A stretch of DNA of 64,000 bases from the NCBI GenBank assembly GCA_038207335.1, contig JBBQZX010000016.1, positions 54,848-118,847 on the forward strand, given 5' to 3'. The position numbers were made by a program, and so were the translations under genes. The first letter of the stretch is position 1, and the number at the start of each line of letters is the position of its first letter. The notes beneath the pieces are model-generated. The model saw only the letters and a list, made by a program, of their open reading frames with translations, made no database searches and was not told the origin of the DNA. This document shows positions 49,610 through 59,500 of the stretch, in pieces. Source of the stretch: Chthoniobacterales bacterium. GTDB lineage: Bacteria > Verrucomicrobiota > Verrucomicrobiia > Chthoniobacterales > Chthoniobacteraceae.

Positions 49610-49685
49610 CGCGCGTGTCGAGCCAATTTCTCCGCTTTCCAAAAACACCAGTCGCCCGCGAAAGGCCGCTGGCACACGAACCGCA
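49610..49685. promoter_or_regulatory. Possible back-to-back sigma54 (-24/-12) promoters
   Basis: Plus strand TGGCACACGAACCGCA (49670-49685) towards the TolC gene and minus strand TGGCTCGACACGCGCG (49625-49610) towards the operon. Both have GG-N10-GC spacing but lack the TT of TTGC. Confidence 0.35.
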
Positions 49686-49795
49686 GCCATCGATATGTTT
49701 CGCGGAAAACACTTGCGGGCGGCGGCATCACGCGGGAGAAACACCGGCCGCCGCGGCAGCAAGTCCAACTTTTCCGAATCTCCAGTTTCCCGCAC

Positions 49796-51496
49796 ATGCG
49801 CCTTGATCGACTCCTCTTCGCCTCCGCATTCTTCATCGCGATCCTCTCGATCCCAGCGATGAGCGCCGCGAAAAGCGACGGCCCACCCGGCCTCAAAGTA
49901 AAGCTCACCATGCGCGAATATCTCCGCATGGTCCTCGAGCGAAACGAGACCATCCAGGCCCAGCTCCTCGGCACCGAATCCAGCCGCGAGCGCGCCGCAG
50001 CCGAAAAGGGCGCCTTCGAGCCCGAGCTCGTCGGCAGCGCCGAGCACACCCGCAACCGCCGTCCCAACACCGTGGAGCAACAGCGCAACCTGGCGGGCGT
50101 CCCCATCCTCGACGAGCACAACAACCTCTACGACCTCGGCATCGAAAACCAGACCCCCATCGGCGGCAAAGTCCGCCTCGGCTACACCCTCAACAACTTC
50201 AACAACAACCTCCGCCCCCTCACCGCCGCCGGAGTCGATCCCTCCACCGCGCCCGGCCGCACCAATGAATGGCAGAGCTTCTTCGGCCTCAGCGTCACCC
50301 AGCCGCTCTTGAAAAATGGCGGTGCCACCGCCGCGCTCGCCAATCTCCGCATCGCCGCCATCACCTCCGAGTCCGCCTTTCAGGAATATCGGCGCCAGCT
50401 CATGGTCACACTCTCGCAGGCCGCATCGGCTTACTGGGGCGTCTATTTTGCCCAGGAGCAGCTCCGCTTCCTCGACGAATCCGTCGCCGTCGCCGACTCC
50501 ATCCTCGCCGACAGCCGCGAGCGCGCTAAGGCCGGCAAAGGGGCCGAGCTCGACGTCCTCGAGGCCGAGGCCGGCCTCGCCCTCCGCCGCACCAAGCGCA
50601 ACGAAGCACTCCAGCACTTCAGCGAAGCCATGGGCCAGCTCCTCACCTTTGCCGGCCAGACCCCGCGCGACACCGGCGTCATCTATCTCGCCGCCGACGA
50701 CCCCGAGCTTCGCACCCCCGTCCCCTCCTATGGCGACAGTTGGGGCAGCGCCATTCGATTCAACCCCGACTACCTCATCCAAAAAAAGAAACTCGACGAA
50801 GCTCTCATCCGCCTCGCCGTCGCCCGCAACCAGCGCCTCCCCGAGCTCAATGCCAAAGGCTCCGTCGGCTACAATGGCCTCGGCGAATCCCCCAGCGAAT
50901 CCGCCAGCGAAGTCGGCAACGGCAGCTTCCCCTCCTGGTCCGTCGGCCTCGAAATGCGCATCCCCCTCGGCGGCGGCATCCGCGGCCGGCACGAATACGC
51001 CGCCATCCTCGCCACCGTCGGCCAGATCGAAATGCAGACCAAAGGCATCGAGACCCAGCTCGCGAATGCCCTCAACACCTCCATCCAGAAAATCAAAACC
51101 ACCCGCGCCACCGCCTCCGACTACCGCACGATGATCAACTTCAACGAAAGCCTCCTCACCACCGAGCGCGACCGCCTCGGCGTCGGCAAAGTCGAAGGCC
51201 GGCGCGTCCTCGAAGTCGAGGCCGGGCTCTTCGAGGTAAAACAAGGCCTCGCCGAAGCCCAAGTCGCCACCCAGCGCGCCGCCCTCGAGCTCGCCCTCGC
51301 CGAAGGCTCCGTCCTCTCCCGCAGCGGCATCGACTTCACCCCCGCCGAGCTCAAAGCCCACACCGCCGAACTCCTCCACGGCGTCCCCCAAAAAGCCACC
51401 TTCCTCGATAACCTCTTCAAAAAGCCCACCCCGCCGGCATCCCACACCCCCGTCAATTTCGCCCCCTCCAAACTTCAGCTCCGCGGCACCCCGTAG
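49796..51496 (+). CDS. TolC-family outer membrane efflux protein
   Basis: Signal peptide, G.FEPEL, LSVTQPLLKNGG, AYWGV..AQEQL, LDVLEAEA, NQRLPELN, WSVGLEMRIPLG. Confidence 0.9.
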   Translation: MRLDRLLFASAFFIAILSIPAMSAAKSDGPPGLKVKLTMREYLRMVLERNETIQAQLLGTESSRERAAAEKGAFEPELVGSAEHTRNRRPNTVEQQRNLAGVPILDEHNNLYDLGIENQTPIGGKVRLGYTLNNFNNNLRPLTAAGVDPSTAPGRTNEWQSFFGLSVTQPLLKNGGATAALANLRIAAITSESAFQEYRRQLMVTLSQAASAYWGVYFAQEQLRFLDESVAVADSILADSRERAKAGKGAELDVLEAEAGLALRRTKRNEALQHFSEAMGQLLTFAGQTPRDTGVIYLAADDPELRTPVPSYGDSWGSAIRFNPDYLIQKKKLDEALIRLAVARNQRLPELNAKGSVGYNGLGESPSESASEVGNGSFPSWSVGLEMRIPLGGGIRGRHEYAAILATVGQIEMQTKGIETQLANALNTSIQKIKTTRATASDYRTMINFNESLLTTERDRLGVGKVEGRRVLEVEAGLFEVKQGLAEAQVATQRAALELALAEGSVLSRSGIDFTPAELKAHTAELLHGVPQKATFLDNLFKKPTPPASHTPVNFAPSKLQLRGTP

Positions 51497-51533
51497 CCAT
51501 CAACGTCCGCATTCCTCGCTCAAATGCCGCGCC

Positions 51534-51672
51534 CTATTTCGCGATCGAAAATGTCGCCCGGAACAGCCCGGACGCGGGTCTTCGTCCCTCACGCTAGCCA
51601 CACCGACCAGGCGCCCCAAAAATCTCCGCCTCCAGTCGCGCACGAGCGGAAACGCGCGCAGCAGTTCGCGAT
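51534..51672 (-). pseudogene. Decayed duplicate of the 3' end of the HTH regulator gene at 61467-62102
   Basis: Aligns with 61467-61608 (cgaaaatgtcgccc..aacagccc, tccctcacg, atctccgc, cacgagcggaaacgcgcgca). Encodes LRAFPLV/RLEAEIF/ASGLFRATFSIAK* with frameshifts. Confidence 0.85.
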
Positions 51673-51761
51673 TTTGCGGAAACGCCGCGAAGCGCTAGTT
51701 CAATCCTCTGCAAATGGTCGCTGATGCAACCACGGTGCTTTGGCTGTGTGCTATCTCGTCT

Positions 51762-52472
51762 TCATGGACTCGGCCATTTTGCACGGACGGTGCGCTCCCA
51801 TTCGTCGGCCATCAATTGGTGGCCGGAGTAAGTCGGATGGACGCCATCCCAGATCCAGTGTTCCGCGGGCGCGACTTTGCAAGCCGCATCGAACACCGGC
51901 TGAAAGCGCACGAGCGCCGCGCCGTATTTGGCAGCGAGCCGCGCGACCACATCCTGCCGCGCCTGCACTCCGGCCCGCCACGTTTCATAGTCTTCCTTCC
52001 GCTTTCCGACCGGCAGCGTGAACGGCTCGCACAGGACGAGTCGCAGCTTGGGGTTGGCAGTCACAGCCTCGGCGAGCAAGGCATCATAGACTTGCTCATA
52101 TTGATCCAGCGGGACGCCGTGCGAGTGGTCGTTGATCCCGATGAGGATGCTGAGCACGTCGGGTTTCAGCTCGATCGTGTCCTTGGCCCAGCGCTTCTGG
52201 AGATCGAGCACCGTGTTGCCCGACACTCCGCGATTCATGATGTCGAGGTTTAGCGCCGCACATGCCGCGCCATATTTCGCGGCGATGATGAAGGCATACC
52301 CGTGACCAAGGATGTGATTCGGATCAGCACTGCGCCCGCGATTGCCATCGGTGATCGAGTCGCCTTGGAAGAGAATGCGCGCGTCCGGTGCGAAGACGGC
52401 GATGGGCTCCGCGGCATGGAGCAAGCCGAAGAATTCGGCGAAAAGGAAAACGGAAAAGAGGATCGATTTCAC
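51762..52472 (-). CDS. Secreted SGNH/GDSL hydrolase (esterase)
   Basis: FQGDSITD, NRGVSGN, ILIGIND, DGVHP. Confidence 0.92.
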   Translation of the reverse strand: MKSILFSVFLFAEFFGLLHAAEPIAVFAPDARILFQGDSITDGNRGRSADPNHILGHGYAFIIAAKYGAACAALNLDIMNRGVSGNTVLDLQKRWAKDTIELKPDVLSILIGINDHSHGVPLDQYEQVYDALLAEAVTANPKLRLVLCEPFTLPVGKRKEDYETWRAGVQARQDVVARLAAKYGAALVRFQPVFDAACKVAPAEHWIWDGVHPTYSGHQLMADEWERTVRAKWPSP

Positions 52473-52478
52473 GGTGCT

Positions 52479-55475
52479 TTATTGGGCCGTTACTTGGACA
52501 GTGGTCGCTGGCGAGATGCCGCCGGCATTTACCGCAGTCACTTGGTAATAGTAGTCGCTGCCGCTGTTGAGACCTTTCACCTTGGCATTCTTATCGGTGT
52601 TGCCTTGGTCGAAGTAAGTCGTTTCCAAGAGTGCGGTCAAAAAGTCCGCCGGCCAGGAAAACGATGGGTTTGGTCTGGATGATCGGTAGATGACATAGCC
52701 CGTGGCTCCAGGCACGGGCGACCAATTCAGCACAATGCCTGTGCCTTCCCGAAACTTCTTCCAGCCACCTGTGAGCGACGCCGGTGCCGTCACGGGGGGC
52801 ACTGGCAATGGGACCGCAGTCACGGCGCTGGATGGACCGCTGCTCCCGGCGGCATTCACCGCTGTCACATGGTAGCTGTAGATTCTCCCGTCAGTCGGCG
52901 AGCTGTCCGTGTAGTTCGTGCCCGTCGTCGCGTCTTCGATCAGCACCGTCCCCAGTGGATACGTGCCGCCGACGCCATCGGTGTGAAGAGTCGTGCGCCA
53001 GACGCTGTAATAGTTCGCCCCCGGTGCAGCGCCCCAACTGAGCGCGACCTTGTGATGCCCGGAGCCGGTGACCTTCATATTCTCCGGCGCGGACGGTGCG
53101 TTCGCAGCAAGTCCCGATTCGGGCTTGGCCCCGGCACTGACAGGCGACTCGGCACTGCGCCCGCCGGGATTCACGGATTTCACCGCGTAAAAATACTGCG
53201 TTCCGTTGACCGCAGTCGGGTCCGCAAACGTCGCCCGGCTCGCACCACTCCCGCACACCTGCGCGACATGTCCGGTCGTAATCGGGGCGAAGCCAGAATC
53301 GCGGCTGGTCGAGCGAAGGATGTCGTAATTCATCGCCCCGGGAACCACGAGCCAGCTTATTAAAACGCGGTTGTTGCCGGCAAAGGCGGTGACGTTTTCT
53401 GGCGCTGGCGGAACGTAACCCGGCAGTTCCAGCCGCAGGTAATCCACCATCAGAAAGGCGTTCATCTTTCTCGTATCCATCGTGATCGTGATGGTGTTCC
53501 TGCCCGCGCGCAGCAGCTCGGCTGGGAACGTGATGCGCTGGTCGCAGAACGGCCCGTGATCGCTGAAATGAATGCTGCTCGTGTCGGAATACGCTGGTGC
53601 GAAACCAACGGGCGGCATCGCATGAGATGCGCCTTCGCCTCCGGCGGTATCCCCAAGATTTGCGCCGTTCACGCTCACGATCACCTTGTCGCCATCATTC
53701 CCGGCGAGTGCGATGTAGAGCGAGGCTAGCGCGCCGATCGCGGGCACCTTCGCCAGATCGAAGGCGATCGTGCCGGTGCAAGGCTGGTAAGTCCCGCTCG
53801 CGTCTGCCATGGCGGGAAGGACATAGTTCCAGTCCTTCGTCCACTGGCTCTTGCCCACGGTGTAAGTCATGCCGTCGGGGAAATCCAAAGGGAACTCCAT
53901 CTGCCCACCCCACACCGGCGTGGGAAAGCCGAGCTTCGGCGGCGTGCCGGGAACCCAGTAGTCCTCGCCGTGACGGAACTCGTCCGACTTTCGATTGGGC
54001 GTTCCCAATTCAAACACCGTCGCGCCCGCGCGAACCGGCGTCCAAATCAGCGTGCCGAGCTGTTTCGTCTCTCCGGCTTTCACCGCGACGGTGAATTCTT
54101 TCGCGGGGAGATTGCACTCAAAGGGTGGGCTGCCACCGGCCAGCTTTTGCGAGAGGAACGTCCCCGACGTGCCAGACCCGAACGCCCACAGCAAGTAGTT
54201 CTCGCCCGCGATGACATGCGGAATGGTGAAGCTTCCGTCCGGCTCCGTTTTCACCCACCACTGATAAGTCTTCGACCATTTTTGAAAATCGTAGAAACCC
54301 TTGTAAGTCTGCGGTTGGCGCTGAAGGCCGACCCATAACCCGCCTGCCGAGGCATTGGGATTGCCACTGTCCCTAATGACAAACTTGCCCTTCACAACGC
54401 CTCGCCCCGCAGCAGGCACGTAATGCTCGTTCTTGAACCACGCATACGGCCACGCCTTTGCCTCCACGTCCGCCTGTTCCTGCGCGTCCTTGAAAAGCAT
54501 TTGCGCCGCCTGTTTGGCGTCTGCGACCGATAGCGGGACGTGATTCAGATACATGAACCAAGGCCCGCAGGTCTTCGTCCAAACCTCGCCATCATCCATG
54601 TATCCATCCGAACCCATGCCCACTTCGCCCGTGAGGATCGAGTTATTGAGTTCGCTGTAAGGATACACCGACACGTCGCGTTTCAGCGGCCCGCCGTTGC
54701 TGAACTCCATCGTCGTCATCATCCAGCGTCCGATATTCAAACCGCCCTGCCCGACGCTGCTCCATCCCCAGGCCCGCAGGTTCGCGTGATCCTGAGCATA
54801 GATGAATTTGTCCTCGTAGCTCCCCGCCCGCGTGCCATCGAGACAGACCGTGATCTCATGCGGTGAGTCCGGCACTTTCACGCCCTTCTTCGTCGGCACG
54901 CCGATGAACCAATTGCGGTTCTCATCCGCGCTCAGCCAGTTGAACACCGGCGCGACGCGCGTAACGACACCCCACGCACCGACCTCAAATCTCTCGTCCT
55001 GCTTGCGGTGGGTCATCGTGGCGGTGGAGTAAAAGCCCGGTGAGCCACGGAGCATGGAAAAATGAATCTCCATCTCGCCATTCTTCTCCGTGGTGCTGAA
55101 CAGCTTCACATCGGCGAGGTCGCCGTCGCTGCGGGCCGGATCGGTCGCGAGCGAATACTCATACACTCCGCTGCCCAGGCTGAACCCTCCGTAGTAGTAT
55201 TGCCCTTTGCCGCTCAGCGTCTCACTCGTCTTCGGGGCGCCGTCGTTGTTGTAGGTGTAAGTTAAGGAGTTCAGCCGCCCGGTCTTCTTCACGATGACTA
55301 TCGAGGCGATTCCGTTGGCCATCGTCACCGTGTCATCGCCATTGTCCGTCACCGTCACATCCGGCCATGCGCCAGGGCCATTCGCAGCGGTCTTGGCGGA
55401 GGCTATTTCGGGACTGAATGAGAGTGCGATACTCAACCAGAGGAGATGGAGCACCTTGAACGCAGATTTGAACAT
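52479..55475 (-). CDS. Polysaccharide lyase family 4 (rhamnogalacturonan lyase-like) with C-terminal FN3 domains
   Basis: Signal peptide from ATG 55475, MLRGSPGFY, WTKTCGPW, WPYAWF, YQWWVKT..DGSFTIPHV..G, GTPNRKS.EF, YTVGKS...DW.Y, DYLRLE, then three FN3 repeats. Confidence 0.87.
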   Translation of the reverse strand: MFKSAFKVLHLLWLSIALSFSPEIASAKTAANGPGAWPDVTVTDNGDDTVTMANGIASIVIVKKTGRLNSLTYTYNNDGAPKTSETLSGKGQYYYGGFSLGSGVYEYSLATDPARSDGDLADVKLFSTTEKNGEMEIHFSMLRGSPGFYSTATMTHRKQDERFEVGAWGVVTRVAPVFNWLSADENRNWFIGVPTKKGVKVPDSPHEITVCLDGTRAGSYEDKFIYAQDHANLRAWGWSSVGQGGLNIGRWMMTTMEFSNGGPLKRDVSVYPYSELNNSILTGEVGMGSDGYMDDGEVWTKTCGPWFMYLNHVPLSVADAKQAAQMLFKDAQEQADVEAKAWPYAWFKNEHYVPAAGRGVVKGKFVIRDSGNPNASAGGLWVGLQRQPQTYKGFYDFQKWSKTYQWWVKTEPDGSFTIPHVIAGENYLLWAFGSGTSGTFLSQKLAGGSPPFECNLPAKEFTVAVKAGETKQLGTLIWTPVRAGATVFELGTPNRKSDEFRHGEDYWVPGTPPKLGFPTPVWGGQMEFPLDFPDGMTYTVGKSQWTKDWNYVLPAMADASGTYQPCTGTIAFDLAKVPAIGALASLYIALAGNDGDKVIVSVNGANLGDTAGGEGASHAMPPVGFAPAYSDTSSIHFSDHGPFCDQRITFPAELLRAGRNTITITMDTRKMNAFLMVDYLRLELPGYVPPAPENVTAFAGNNRVLISWLVVPGAMNYDILRSTSRDSGFAPITTGHVAQVCGSGASRATFADPTAVNGTQYFYAVKSVNPGGRSAESPVSAGAKPESGLAANAPSAPENMKVTGSGHHKVALSWGAAPGANYYSVWRTTLHTDGVGGTYPLGTVLIEDATTGTNYTDSSPTDGRIYSYHVTAVNAAGSSGPSSAVTAVPLPVPPVTAPASLTGGWKKFREGTGIVLNWSPVPGATGYVIYRSSRPNPSFSWPADFLTALLETTYFDQGNTDKNAKVKGLNSGSDYYYQVTAVNAGGISPATTVQVTAQ

Positions 55476-55637
55476 ATAGGTTTTGGTTTCTGCGGCGACA
55501 AAGGCAGGGAGTGTGTGGCCGTCACCTGGGGTGCGGTGGGTCGGTAAAGCAAAGCTCTGTAAGGGGAGGAATCTCATCACCGATTTATACCCCGCTGGCG
55601 GGTGCCCCTCTCTGTCAAAATCTGTTATGATCCTGCC

Positions 55638-56378
55638 ATGACAAAGAGCACCCTCCAACACTCCTTCTTCGAGAAAATGGCCGATCCGCAGAGTTTTCGC
55701 GCCATATTCGAGCATCTGCCAGATGTGTTCTTTTTTGTGAAAGACCGCGAGAGTCGGATGATCGCGGGCAGCCGAAATCTTGTCGAGCGCCTGGGCCTGA
55801 AACGTGAAAGCGATATGATCGGGCGACCCGACGAGGCATTTTTCCAGCCGCGCATCGCACGAGCTTTTCGCGACGATGACGAGCAGGTCTTTCGCACCGG
55901 CAAGCCGCTCACGAACCGCCTGGAGGTCTGGTATGATGAACAGCGCAACCTGGACTGGTTTCTGACCACCAAGGTGCCAGTGCTCGGCAGAAATGGCCCC
56001 ATCATCGGTCTCATGGGCATCACTCGGCGCGACGAAGGACTGGCAAGGCATCAACCGGCACGAGATGTCGCAAGGGTGCTGGGCTTCATTCAAAGCCATT
56101 CCGACCGCATTCTGACGACCGCAGCACTAGCTCGCGCGTGCGGAATGTCGGAGCGCACCTTATACCGGAAGGTGAATCAGGCTCTCGGCGTGACACCCTA
56201 CGAACTGATGTTGCGCATCCGCATTCAGAAAGCCGCCGAGGCGCTCATCAAGACCAATGAAAAAGTCATGGAGATCGCCATCGCTCACGGATTCTGCGAC
56301 CAGAGCACCTTCACTCAGCACTTCCGCAAGCGCACCGGAATGACGCCCAAGGAGTTTCGGTTGAGGCATCAAATGTAG
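55638..56378 (+). CDS. PAS-domain AraC-family transcriptional regulator
   Basis: LPDVFFFVKDRESR...DDEQV..TGKP PAS motif, IAIAHGFCDQSTFTQHFRKRTGMTPKEFR. Divergent from the PL4 gene. Confidence 0.92.
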   Translation: MTKSTLQHSFFEKMADPQSFRAIFEHLPDVFFFVKDRESRMIAGSRNLVERLGLKRESDMIGRPDEAFFQPRIARAFRDDDEQVFRTGKPLTNRLEVWYDEQRNLDWFLTTKVPVLGRNGPIIGLMGITRRDEGLARHQPARDVARVLGFIQSHSDRILTTAALARACGMSERTLYRKVNQALGVTPYELMLRIRIQKAAEALIKTNEKVMEIAIAHGFCDQSTFTQHFRKRTGMTPKEFRLRHQM

Positions 56379-56525
56379 CTACTTCCAGCCGCTTGCCGGA
56401 AAGCGCGCGTCAAAAGGATCTCCGCGGCGCAGCGCGAGCATTCGTACGCGATGCGCGATTGCAACACGAGCACGCGAAATCCGCATCGCGTGTAACTTTG
56501 GAGTCGGCTTTCCTCAGTAAAATGT

Positions 56526-59500
56526 ATGCCCGTTGATCCATCAGCTTCCGCCGGTGCCGCCGAATGTCCGAATTGCGGCGCACCACTGCCCGAGCAGGCT
56601 CCGCAGGGACTTTGCCCGAAATGCTTGTTCGCGAGGCTGGCCGCTCCGACGGAGGACGGCGCGGGCGCGACGGAGCGGAGGCCGCCTCAAACACCGGAGG
56701 AACTGGCGCCGCACTTTCCTCAACTCGAGATTCTCGAATGCCTCGGGCGCGGCGGCATGGGAGTCGTTTACAAGGCGCGGCAGAAATCGCTCAACCGTAT
56801 CGTCGCGTTGAAGCTTCTCGCGCCGGAGCGGGTGGCCGATCCAAAGTTTGCCGAGCGTTTCGCCCATGAGGCGCACGCGCTGGCGGCGCTGAATCATCCG
56901 AACATCGTGACCATTTACGATTTCGGCCAGGCGGGCGGCTTTTACTTTTTGCTCATGGAGTTCGTGGATGGCGTGAATCTCCGGCAGGCGATGAAGGCGG
57001 GGCGTTTCACGCCTGAGCAAGCGCTGGCGATCGTGCCGCCGGTCTGCGAGGCGCTGCAATACGCGCACGAGCACGGCATCGTGCATCGCGACATCAAGCC
57101 GGAGAACCTGCTGCTGGACAAAGTAGGCCGCGTGAAGATCGCGGACTTCGGCATTGCGAAGATGCTCGGTGCGGAATCGCCGAGCGTCGGTCTTTTAGAA
57201 TCACAGCCCGCCGGCACGCCGCAATACATGGCCCCGGAGCAGAAGGCGCGCACCGGCGCGGACCACCGCGCGGATATCTACTCGCTCGGCGTCGTCCTCT
57301 ACGAACTGCTCACCGGCGAACTCCCCGGCACTCGCCTCCAGCCGCCCTCGCGCAAAGTCCAGATCGATGTGCGCCTCGACGAAATCGTCCTCCGCGCGCT
57401 GGAGAATGCGCCGGAATTGCGCTTCCAGACGGCGAATGAGTTTCGGACGCAGGTGGAGACGATTGCCGACGGTGCGGCAGCCATCCCCAGTCCGGCCCAA
57501 TCCGACTACATCACCTCGTGGGGTTTCCGGATCACGACAGGCCCTGCCATCAAAACCGGATACGTCCGATTCTGGGAAAAGCTGTTCGGCAGCGTCAACT
57601 CAGCCGGTGCCATCAATACTCTCAATATTTCCCGTATCGGCTATGTCGGGTTCCTCGCCGTATTTGCGATCCTCCCGGGATGGCGCTCGTTCTGGCCTGC
57701 TTTCGGCTTCCTTGGCATGTTTGGTCTGATCGGCGTTGCCTACCTCAGTGAAGCCGCCGCCCGGCGCGGCGTTGGCCTTTCGGAAACAGGTGGGCTTCCC
57801 GATGCCAAAATTCAACGAGGAGTCTGGAGGAGCCGTGTGGTCTGGCTGATCATCGGTGGTACTTTCCTGCCAATAGCGCTCTTTGCAGTCTCCCTCATCG
57901 TATCGCTCGGGCGAGGTGGTGAAAAAGCTCTGGAGGCAACGACGACTGAGCAGATGCTGATGATTTTTGCGAAGGTGCTAGGGATCGGCTTAGGTCTGAC
58001 GCTCTTGGTTTGGGCACTGCTGCGAGCATTTCGGAGGAAGACGGCCGATGCGGCCAATCCCTGGCCGCGGCATCCCGAAGCGCTGATCGCACATGGGACG
58101 CTCTGGCCGCTCCTCCTGATTGCCGCACCCATCGTCATTTGTGAGTTTGTATCGGCAACTCGCCCACAAAGAGCCCCTATGAGTGCTGCGGAATGGATAA
58201 TATTCGGCTTGGTGGTCATTGTGGTTTTGCAGGGTGCAGTTCGGGTTGCGCGTAACCTGCGGCGGATCATGCGAGAGGCAAACGATCCGTGCGCCCGTCC
58301 GGAGCCGGAACTTCGCACCACGGCGGCCGGCGATTTTCGCCCGCAGGTGGATCGCTTGCGGCCGCTGATGGGTTCGCGGTACGCGCGTGCCTCCGCCATC
58401 GTCATGAGCGTGCTGCTCATCGGGCTTTTGCTCGTGAAGTTCTTCGTACAAGCCAGCTCGCAGTCGGGCGTCACCCGTTTCGACATCACTCCCGTGGAAG
58501 TGCGCAACAACGTCGTGATCGTGGACGTGACAACCGAGGTCGCGCGCGGCAACGCCGAACTGCGCGCCGTACTCGAAGGACGCCACTTGCCCGTCGCGAC
58601 GGATCCGGAATTCGTCCCTGCTTTCACCGGCACCTTCATCACGCCGACCCCGCACGCGGGCAATCAACTGTGGCACATCCTCTCGCCTGGCCGTCAGACA
58701 GTGCGGCTCGGATTCGTGCTGCCGGACGCGAACCTGGCGAAACTGGCCTTCGACAATCTCCGCCCCATCGGCCCGCTGCCCGCCTTGGCAAGCCGCACTT
58801 TCGCGGGGACGCTCTTCGAAGTGCAGCAAAGCGAGGGCGACGATTATCGCGCTTCGCTGCAAGTCGCGCCACCATTCACATCCGCCGATCCGAACTGGGT
58901 CGAAGTCCTCGGCCGCAGTTCGCACAACGAGGACAGCGTGAGCCTGACGTGGGACGTGCTGGCGTCCCGGCGCGGAATGGCATGGCTCTCGCGCGCCAAC
59001 ACTCCCATCACCGTGCTCGAACCCGATCCGAGGACGCAGCTTTTCGGCATCTCCATCGGGATCGAACTCACGAAGGTCGGCGAAGATCGTGTCCTTCTCG
59101 TCCGGCGAATCGTCCGGGGATCCCGAAGCACCATTCAGCGCGAGGAACTCGCCGGCAACTTCCGCGACCTCGCGGACGAACTGCTTCGCACGAAAACCAC
59201 GAGCGCGAAAACCGAGAGCGGCGCGAGCATCGAGCTGTGCCAAATCCAGGGGAAAGCGCTCATCTTGCAGGTGCATAGCGACGCGCCTGCCACGCAGAGC
59301 ACCCGACGACTCGGAGTGTCGTTCCCGCTCGTGGCGATCGTCGCTGTTGCGGTGGTCCTGCTCCTCGCCGCCGGTGGAATTGCATTGATGGTCATGCTCC
59401 TGCGCAAAGGCGGGGCTGCCGGCAGAATTGTGTTGTGGGTTATTGGCGTGATGTTGCTCGTCTTCGGCGTCGGCGTGTTCACTTTCATCAGCATCTGGAG

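Noticed and set aside
43024..51445. Long opposite-strand ORFs (43024-45804, 45982-47259, 48337-49806, 49244-51445) and 5' extensions making the autotransporter and TolC ORFs overlap
   Set aside because: Shadows of well-supported genes. Starts at 49584 and 49796 give signal peptides and a normal divergent intergenic region.
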